Of a stretch of 8,076 nucleotides of DNA, positions 1 to 7,901 are shown in pieces. The DNA comes from Zygophlyctis sp. KS116. Taxonomy: Eukaryota; Fungi; Chytridiomycota. The notes below the pieces were generated by a model, which was not told the DNA's origin, made no database searches, and was given only the letters and a program-made list of their open reading frames with translations. Position 1 is the stretch's first letter; every line of letters starts with the position of its first letter. The position numbers and the translations under genes were made by a program. The DNA lies in assembly GCA_054661495.1 (NCBI GenBank), contig BAAFSQ010000389.1, forward strand, positions 1 to 8,076, in the 5' to 3' direction.

Positions 1-1180
1 TTTCCTTTTTTGTCTATAACTGGAACTGATCCAGCCCCACAGTACAGAATCTCCTCACCTGTGTCTAAAAGAAGCGGTTTTGATCTTGATTTGAATCTTG
101 ATACGACAATGTCAACCTCGGAAATCTTCCCAGTTCAAATCACAGTAGCTGGTATACAACCTGGATTTTCGCAAGTTAAAAGAGTGAAGGATCACGTAGA
201 AATAATTTCAAAAAGACGGCGTTTTAAAATTGCATATTTGATCTTGATCGACAAAACTAAAGAAAGGTTAATAGCAATGCTTACACATTTGCATAGTCAA
301 GATGCAGTCTTCTTGATACATGTTGATGGAAACTACCCTGAACTACAATTAGAAATTCAAAGGCATATCCATAAATACTACAAGGAAAGCAATAATGTGC
401 ATCTCTTTGAAAAACCATTCTACCTTCAATGGTAATTTTCATATTACTTAAAAAAAGGGGATCTCCATATATTGTGATAGCTCAGCTTGAAGGCTATTTC
501 CAGTTACTTGATCTTGCTGATTGGGATTACGCCATCAATCTTTCAGCTGAAGATTTCCCACTAATGAGTACTGCAGCAATACATCAGAAACTAGAGGTAT
601 GCACTTAATCATATAAATAATTTAGGAAGATCCTGGAAAAAGTTATATAGAGTATTGGCAACTCTATTCTGAAACAATGGAACGATTATCAAACCTTTTT
701 ATCCCTCTAAAGAGCCGCAATGATTTATTATTTGATGAGCATGCTCGTTCATTTCACATGCTTCACAAATTTCCACCATTTAAGCATCACCAATGGATGG
801 TAAGAACTAAATTTTAACAAGAGATTTTATCTAGAGAGCTGGTTCAATTAATGCGAGTATCTCAGCAGACATATGATTTACTTTCATTTATGGAAAACAC
901 TGTAATTCCAGACGAATCATTTTTCATTATGCTTGCATTATGTCCTGATCTCAACTATCAGGATAAGATTGTCCGTGATAGCAATCGATTCATCTATTTT
1001 CCTGAAGGCGACCCACATCCACTATCTCTTCGTGATGGGGATGAAAACATTTTAACCCAACATGGTAAACAATACTATTTTGTCCGAAAAGTGAATGCAT
1101 TTACGGAAAAAAAGTTGGTGAAATGGATGGTTGATAGGAAAAATGAAATTGATAGACAGTTGGGGATAAATTCAAAATAA
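1..1180 (+). CDS. GT14 family (core-2/I-branching enzyme, xylosyltransferase-like) glycosyltransferase, 5'-partial; exons <1-431, 458-596, 626-799, 824-1180
   Basis: Frame is open from base 1. Removing GT-AG introns 432-457 (26 nt), 597-625 (29 nt) and 800-823 (24 nt) gives a continuous 366-aa frame. It carries GT14 motifs in order: KIAYLIL, FLIHVD, LQWGSPYIV, WDYAINLSAEDFPL, QWMILSREL, IPDESFF, YYFVRKV. Confidence 0.85.
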
Positions 1181-1200
1181 GATTTAAGTAGAAAATCTAG

Positions 1201-1206
1201 AATAAA
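1201..1206 (+). promoter_or_regulatory. possible polyadenylation signal AATAAA for the GT14 gene
   Basis: AATAAA lies 20 nt after the stop at 1180. The background is AT-rich, so it could be chance. Confidence 0.3.
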
Positions 1207-1230
1207 GACTAAAGTGGATTTAAAAGTGAA

Positions 1231-1238
1231 TCTAGGTT
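1231..1238 (+). promoter_or_regulatory. TCTAGGTT start-proximal motif upstream of TAF12
   Basis: The identical 8-mer also occurs upstream of HIR1 (4903-4896, - strand) and TMA7 (7884-7891). Confidence 0.45.
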
Positions 1239-1260
1239 ACATAAGTTAAACCCTTTTTCA

Positions 1261-1824
1261 ATGGCAGATCCAAAAGATGCAAGATATCAAGCATATTTAG
1301 CCCAGAAAGCCATAATGAGCCAATTTCAGAATCAAAATAAGACGGTAGGGGCATTAATTCCTCCTAAAGCAGCAAATGCGCCCAGTCCGAGTCCTGTTTC
1401 TGCTCCCACAAAACCAGTTGAGAAGACTGAAGGAAAAAATCATTTAATGTCCAGAGATAGTCTAAAGATGCTGATCAGAAAGTATGGAAATGAGAAATGT
1501 GATCCGGAAGTTGAAGAATTTTTACAAGAAATCGTTTCTGATTTTCTGACAGAAACCATCACTGCAAGTTGTAAATTGGCAATGCACCGAAAAGGTGATT
1601 TGTTGGAATTAAAAGATGTGCAAATGTATCTTGGTATTTTATTTTTTAGGTTAATAGGTATAGATAAAAAATATAATATTTCGATTCCTGGGTATGGTGT
1701 AACTCAAAAGGATGCAGCAGTTTCTAGGACAAAGGCAGTTGCAAAGTCAACAGCGGCACAGTCTCATGCAAGTAGATTACAGGAAGTAAAAGATGCTAGA
1801 ATTAAGGGGAAGGGGAGAAGATGA
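1261..1824 (+). CDS. TAF12: TFIID/SAGA subunit TAF12 (histone fold); exons 1261-1633, 1664-1824, about 177 aa
   Basis: Histone-fold motif LKMLIRK..DPEVEEFLQEIVSDFL..ASCKLAMHRKGDLLELKDVQ. Removing the in-frame 30-nt GT-AG intron 1634-1663 gives KDVQMYLDKKYNISIPGY, matching the family pattern KDVQLHLERNWNIRIPGF. Confidence 0.93.
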   Translation: MADPKDARYQAYLAQKAIMSQFQNQNKTVGALIPPKAANAPSPSPVSAPTKPVEKTEGKNHLMSRDSLKMLIRKYGNEKCDPEVEEFLQEIVSDFLTETITASCKLAMHRKGDLLELKDVQMYLGILFFRLIGIDKKYNISIPGYGVTQKDAAVSRTKAVAKSTAAQSHASRLQEVKDARIKGKGRR

Positions 1825-1826
1825 TT

Positions 1827-4800
1827 TTATATTGAAGTTTTGTAAATTCCTTTCTCAATAGACTCAGAATCTTGGATGACTCTTAGAGATCCTTCAATGC
1901 TTTGTATGAGTCTTTGAAGGTTTCGGTTTTTTCCAAATATAGGAATTAGTTCCCGTAATAATTGCCGTTTAGGTACTCCCTAAATGTTAAATCAAACTAC
2001 TAAATGTTAATTCTTACCAGTATTAAAGATTCCCAATCTTTTGTCAAGTGTCCTAGATATGTAGGTCCTAGAAGAGAATGAGTTAGTTCTTCAATTTTAT
2101 TTGATGCGTTTTCATCAGAGAGTTTTTGAGCATATAGTTTTAGCCAATAACGGTATTCAACGGGGCTCTTCATCTCTAAAGAACAGCATAAATAATTTTC
2201 AATCTCTGGAATGGAGATTAAATGCTCGTCTTCGTGATCAAGTTTGTCCAAAGATCCCAAAATTCCAAACTTTTCTCGAAACTTTAGTGAGGCAGAATCC
2301 CCTGCTTGCATCCATGATTGAAGCTTTTGATTGAAAATAAAATTCTCATGAAGAGATGTTATCAAAAGAGGCATTCCATCTTCAAGTATAGTCACCGACA
2401 ATATTGTTGTAGTGCTTTTTGTGCCGTCATCTTTTGAATACTGTCGGAGAAGATTTCCAATAGATATATTTTGAATTATCGCCTCTTTTTTTGATATATT
2501 TCTATCATATAAATACTTCAATATCTTACAGAACGGAAAGCCGGCCGACAGAAGTTATATAAAGAAGATATTCCCTGGAGCATTCTAAAATGGAAAGACA
2601 CGATTCTAAAACTATTACCGGAAACAATCTCCTTCCAGCAGATGAATAAATGTAAAGTTTGCCATCTACCGTAGAAGCCGTAAAAAAATTTGTTGAGCCT
2701 CCAAGGTGAACTACCTCTGCCGACAGTTTGTCTGCCCAGAGGATGGTATCGCTACTTCGACATTGAAGTTTCGATATACCTCCACTAAAATTGATTGCCT
2801 CCATTATTACTTCTTCCTTTGTTTCCTCATTTATCATCATCGACTTAATACATTTATCTTCTACAGATGGTATTCCCAGATTTACAGGCTGCTTTGAATC
2901 GATCCAAGTAGGAAGCACGTAATTTACATTTCGAGATACCTTTTCCTTAAATATTAAAATTAAGAAATCTTACTTCTTCTGACCGGGTACCATTTGCAAC
3001 CTGCCTCTTGGCACCGGAATAAAAATTGTCTTCTATCACCTTTCTTTTTTCTCCACTCAATTTAACTGGTATATCTAAGGAATTGGACTTTTAAATTAAT
3101 CAAGAAAGAGGCAATACCGATGGATTGAAAGTCTGCTGTACAGGGCTCGGCCGATCAGTGGTTGTGGTATTTCTTTAATTTAGAGATATATATTGTTTTT
3201 ACCCCGCAAGGAAAATGGGCTGAATTCGCTTCTTTCCATCCTGAGTTACAGATGTAGTTTGAGTTAATGTGGGTTTAGCCAAATTCTCAATTTTCTTCTC
3301 CATTCCAAGTTTTGGCGCTGATGTAGCTGGCCGAAGAAAAGAATTAGAGCTAATTGAATTTTGTAAGGCGTTTTGTTTCTTTAAATTTTGGATTTTAATG
3401 CTTTCTTCTAATTTAAGCTGTTCAGGAGATTCCAACACCGATGTCTTACTTTTTCTATACCCATATTGAGAGAGCACACGTTCCTATATTAAGTAAGAAG
3501 TAATAATAGGATACCGTTTCTTCCGGACTTAACGGTGTGCCGAATTCACTTTCTTCAAAGCAAAGACATGCAACAGTTCCATCGTAAGAGCTGACATAGA
3601 GGGTCAAACCATCCGATGACCATGACATATCAAGAATAGCATAATTAAATATATTCTGAGTCACAGCCAAAGACTTTGCCAGTGCAGTATACCAAATTGA
3701 AACACAGTTGTCTTGGCTTCCAAGCGCGCAAACAGCAGAAACAGTCTTTTGAGAAACCGACTCAACATCTGTTGAAGGCATTGAAAAAAGAATAGGATTA
3801 AAGCGCTAGTAATAAAATCAATAATAATTACAGCAACTTCTATCGGTGCTTGATGACCAACTAAAAAAGTATCTGCAGACCACTTTTCCCGATTTATAAT
3901 CGGAGCAGTACATAGACCAGAATTTTCTCCATTAGCAGTAGCGATACAACCACCTTCCGGCGACCAACTGCAACTTTAAAATTTTAAATTTTTACCTTAA
4001 TCGCCTAAAAAAAGAAATAGCAGCTGCCTCTCCATAAGGAGCAACTATATCTTGTTCCAAGGCAAAGTCTGAAGTTCTCCAAATCTTTACTGATTTATCA
4101 TCAGACTAAGCTCTAAGTATAAAATTGACATTACTTGAGAAGCAAGATATTTTCCAACTGGATCCCACGTAAGTCCTTTTACAAATCCTTCATGACCTTT
4201 TATTACGTGAAGTTTTTCTTTATATTTAAATAGTATACAAATACCAAATGTTATTCCATCCCAGATAACTATATTACTATCAAATCCTGCAGATGCTAAA
4301 AGTTTATTATTTGGAGACCATTCTAGATCAGCCACATCTTTTGAGTTATAGAAATAGCGTGTTAATTTAGCGTCAGAAACGCAATCTTGTAATCTATTAC
4401 GTACCTGATTCATGCCCCATCAATACTTTCATTGGCCTATATGTTTCTTGATTAACTGATCCATTAATATCACCAAAAACAGTTTTAGGACCTTGATTAG
4501 ATCTTTAATTATTTGCATAGAAATTACAATTCCCAAATCACAATTTTGTAATCATCGGATCCTGAGGCTAAAAGATGGCCAGATTCATTTGACCACCGGA
4601 CACAAAGCACGGCACCTTTATTTTACTCTAAATCTATTACCGTTGTGCAATGCAAGTGTGGAAAGTAACTTTGGAACATCTTCATTGTTTTCTAAACTTT
4701 CATCCTTGATCGGTGCAGAATTCCAAATTTTGATTTTACAATCAAAACTTTAGAAAATGTAAATTACCTTGGCCTCCGGTCGCTATTTTAGGCAAAGTAG

Positions 4801-4882
4801 GATGGCTATGGATTGTATAGATTGGAGTGTTTTTTTGTTTCTCAGAGGAATGGATTATCCAAGACGGTATTATCAGTCTCAT
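1827..4882 (-). CDS. HIR1: HIR1/HIRA histone chaperone (WD40 repeats, B-domain, Hira C-domain), 15 exons, 872 aa; exons 4882-4768, 4742-4641, 4615-4528, 4502-4405, 4337-4245, 4217-4135, 4105-3996, 3967-3832, 3805-3515, 3483-3203, 3172-3118, 3087-2974, 2945-2530, 2501-2018, 1979-1827
   Basis: Spliced length is 2619 nt with no internal stop. Motifs: [88 protein letters not shown], Asf1-binding B-domain QTTSVTQDGKKRIQP, SSAGRRLFPVI, EYRYWLKLYAQKLSDE, GVPKRQLLRELIP. Intron 1 requires a TG acceptor. Confidence 0.93.
4743..4767 (-). other. putative non-canonical GT-TG intron (HIR1 intron 1, 25 nt)
   Basis: Sequence GTAATTTACATTTTCTAAAGTTTTG. Only this junction restores the frame and the [12 protein letters not shown] motif. 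The AG at intron position 20 gives a frameshift. Confidence 0.65.
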
Positions 4883-4895
4883 TCGAAAAATGTAA

Positions 4896-4903
4896 AACCT
4901 AGA
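4896..4903 (-). promoter_or_regulatory. TCTAGGTT start-proximal motif upstream of HIR1
   Basis: The minus strand reads TCTAGGTTTTACATTTTTCGA-ATG, compared with TCTAGGTTACAT upstream of TAF12. Confidence 0.45.
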
Positions 4904-4922
4904 CTCCTTCATCTTTGAAATC

Positions 4923-6958
4923 TTATTCTAAAAATTCTTCCAAAGAAAATTCAATGGCAGAGGCAGGATAGTTGAGTTCGAAATTTGCCAAGACAGTGGG
5001 ATGCAAAATTCCAAAGCATCCAATACATACGCCCTGGTAAAAGATATCAGCAGAGCGATCTGGGAAAAATGTTGGATCTATAATATTAAATAAATATTTT
5101 ACTATTTGATTCCATAATATAATAGCCATCCTTCATGCCTTTTTTGACTAGAGGCACTCCCAACATCATCATCATGCGGTCTAAAATACCATGGATAAAC
5201 TAGAAATTAAATTAATAATAAATACCTCAAATCCTGAAGTCTTACTACAATATACTGCGCTTAACATTCGTTGATTGCGGGCGCGTCGATCTACTGTATC
5301 ATCCTTGAGAACCACATCAGCAATTTCAAAAATTTTAATTGGTAGTGGAACATGCTTATTAGCACAAACAGTCTTTAATAAGCCAGGTAAAAGACTGGTT
5401 CTAACAACCTAACTTTAATTTAAGATTAGCAATACCTGATATTCAACTGTTTTAGGATTAGATAATTTTACAGCTAAACCATTGTCAGGGCGTCTAAGAA
5501 AAGCAAAGTTCTCATTATGAGAGCACTTTAAATCAGTATAAACCAAAACAAACCAATGTGAATGCAAGAACTTCAGTATAGCCTGATTGTGCCATTTCTC
5601 GTCGTAATTTGTCTGTTAATTTGTTCACCGGAGTGGCAACTGCGACAGTGCTAGCTTTCGGAGCCGTTTCAACTACATTATTATAACCATAAGAAATGGC
5701 AACATCCTCCATCACATCACAAGGGTGTAAAATATCACTTCTAATAGGGGGGATGATGACATCTATAGATTTTGAATCTGGGCTTTTTGCTCCAAGGGCC
5801 ATTTTACCAAGAAGTTCACACATCTTATCAGCACTTAAATCAACTCCAATAGATTTATTGATATAATCAGCTGATATATTCATCGTTCGTGTTGATAAAT
5901 CCGGTGTTATTGTGGACTTGTTAGAATCCATGTAAACAATTTCAACTGGTTCACATCTATGTCATTAATTAAAAAAACTTGCGTAAATTTTTCCTTGCAA
6001 TAAACAGAAAACATACAGACTATTGTCTTTAAAACTATATTAGCCTTATTTAGATCAGTTGCAGTACTATAATTACTCGCAATAAGCCTTACCACTCAAT
6101 GAAAATATTCTTGGTATCCAATCTAATTTTGGAGTGATTAGAGTTTATGATTGGCGGTAAAGACAGTACTGTGTTTTTCGAGTCATAAATCACTGGATAT
6201 CTAGGCGACTCCCTTATAATTGGTAAAAATTTACTTAATTTCCTGTCAGTCTTTAAAGTTAAACACCTAAACCTTACCTCATAGAAAGCCATAAGCTCTT
6301 CACCATTCATTTCCTTTTCCTGATTCAATGGGATAAAAGAAATATCCTTTGGGACTTTTGCTTGATAAGAAAATGGCCCTTGAACAGTATCCAAATCATG
6401 TGTCCCAATCGCCACCAAAGTACGTTTTCTACTATAAGCCCTACTAAATTACCTGCAAACATTATTATGTAGCTTATCTTGCAACTCTATAAAACTATCA
6501 TATGCATCCTTATTGAAAGAAACATTTCTTAGAATTGCTGCTACAACAAATGGTCTAATTTCCTTTGTCTAGAATAATAAATCTCCAAAAAATACCTCTG
6601 AATGAACAAATACTTTTTCCAATTTATTCCCAATAGTCTTAAAGACTGGAGTTGAAGAGATTCCAAGATACGCCTTGAGTGCCATTGTAATCCCTTCTAC
6701 ACAAAGCATATCATATCTATAATCAAAAGAGTTAAAAAGTTACCGATTAGCAGGAATATCAATTCTAAATATCGGTCTTTCAGAGAGCATTTTAGCCTTT
6801 TCTATTTTCCCTTCATTCTTCAAAGACATAATCTTTTCTGAAGTGACTTCCTCCAATTCAATCCCAAAATCAAAACATAATTCCTCAAATTCACTCTCAG
6901 TAAACGATCGCTCAAGCTCTTTAAAGAGTAAATCACTAAAGACATTAACTGTTGGCAT
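4923..6958 (-). CDS. FRS1: cytoplasmic phenylalanyl-tRNA synthetase beta subunit, 11 exons, 590 aa; exons 6958-6744, 6716-6596, 6568-6453, 6428-6278, 6250-6093, 6066-5983, 5956-5554, 5525-5436, 5408-5226, 5199-5103, 5077-4923
   Basis: Spliced length is 1773 nt with an open frame. Motifs: [144 protein letters not shown] orthologue. Confidence 0.96.
5957..5982 (-). other. GC-AG intron (PheRS beta intron 6, 26 nt)
   Basis: Sequence GCAAGTTTTTTTAATTAATGACATAG. Splicing restores [14 protein letters not shown], while the nearby GT gives an immediate out-of-frame stop. Confidence 0.85.
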
Positions 6959-6978
6959 TTAACACTAGATAAAACCTT

Positions 6979-7708
6979 TTACAGACCCTTTGCTCTAATC
7001 AGTAGTAACTCTTTTAGAATATTTTCTCTTGCAGTATCTTTAGGAATTAGTCCTGATAGATATCCACCATTCTTTGCATTAATGTAATATTCTAATTCTT
7101 TAGGTTTTGAAGGAATCTCTAATCCTTTTGGAGGTAAAACATATTTTTCAGGATTTTTTAAATAATCCAATTTTTCTCTTGAAATATAGACTGTTTGCAC
7201 TTGCCCATTATTCTTTAAAATAGCATTTTGAGCTGATTTAGAGACTTTAGAAACCTGAATTACAAGATTTTGTATAGAGAAATCATCAGCGCCCTATTTT
7301 TTTTAAATTTTAAATTATAAATACTCCTCCTAAAAGTATAATTCCATCACGTACTTTTCCTATTCCTCCACATTTAATTAAATCCGCCATGGAGACATTT
7401 TTAGACAATTTTTTAGAATTAATCAATTTTTGTAGAGTATGTAAATGCAAAAAAGTATAAATCTTTTTCTCTCTAAAAGATTGCAGACCAATTTTAGGCA
7501 ATGCTTTAATAATCCCCGACTGCCCTCCTTCAAAACCTCTAGTAGGAGTAGATTTAGCTCTTCTTGCTTTATAACCTTTTGTGCCTCTTCCAGCAGTTTT
7601 CCCTTTTCCTCCCATTCCTCGTCCAATTCTTTTTCTTTTTCTTCCTGCAAACTCTTTGAAAGACGTTGTTAGAGTTAGAAACTTGATTGGTTTTTCAATT
7701 ATTTTCAT
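6979..7708 (-). CDS. MRPL10: mitochondrial large ribosomal subunit protein uL15m (yeast MRPL10 / animal MRPL15 type); exons 7708-7325, 7293-6979, about 232 aa
   Basis: uL15 motifs [62 protein letters not shown], plus the mitochondrial-type C-terminal [12 protein letters not shown]. One 31-nt GT-AG intron at 7294-7324. An in-frame stop upstream (7738-7736) supports the ATG at 7708. Confidence 0.88.
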
Positions 7709-7901
7709 TCTTTTTCTTACTTTCTCTATTACTTTCTATAACTTTTTTTAGACTTTTTAAGTTTTTTTAGTTTTTTTAGTACTTTCTTGAGTACTTTTAG
7801 CTTTTTTAGTACTTTTAGTAACTAGGTTATTTAGGCTCCAGTACCTAGGTTTTAACTTTCTCCAGTAATTTAGTACTTTCTCTTCTAGGTTTAGTAAGTA
7901 A
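7709..7901. promoter_or_regulatory. divergent uL15m/TMA7 intergenic region with degenerate AGTACTTT and CTAGGTT repeats
   Basis: 193-nt spacer between divergent ATGs. AGTACTTT at 7778, 7790, 7808 and 7872, CTAGGTT at 7822, 7845 and 7885, CTCCAGTA at 7836 and 7860. Strong T skew on the + strand. Confidence 0.6.

Noticed and set aside
10-12. TTG start of the first ORF and other TTG/GTG or internal ATG starts in the ORF track
   Set aside because: These are internal exon positions. The GT14 frame is open to the window edge, so its true start lies upstream.
800-823. Stop-codon reassignment (TAA/TAG read as sense) explaining in-frame stops
   Set aside because: The stops fall inside intron-like inserts absent from homologue motifs, most breaks also shift frame, and genes end normally in TAA or TGA.
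4338-4404. Intronic C/D snoRNA or nested intron (stwintron) in the 67-nt intron
   Set aside because: A CTGA is present but there is no C box (RTGATGA). The internal GT..AG options are at most 19 nt, below the observed minimum of 24 nt.
2101-4753. Plus-strand ORFs 2101-2334, 2706-2897, 3269-3469 and 4493-4753
   Set aside because: They are short antisense shadows of HIR1 exons with no recognisable motifs.
1827-6958. HIR1 and PheRS beta as frameshifted pseudogenes or programmed-frameshift genes
   Set aside because: Every break coincides with a donor-acceptor-bounded AT-rich segment whose removal restores conserved motifs and full-length frames (872 and 590 aa).
7423-7672. ORFs 7423-7650 (-) and 7445-7672 (+)
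   Set aside because: They are alternative-frame and antisense shadows of the purine-rich uL15m exon, with low-complexity translations.
7709-7901. CRISPR array, telomeric repeat or MITE
   Set aside because: The units are 8 nt or shorter, degenerate and irregularly spaced. There are no spacers, terminal inverted repeats or target-site duplications, and the context is eukaryotic.
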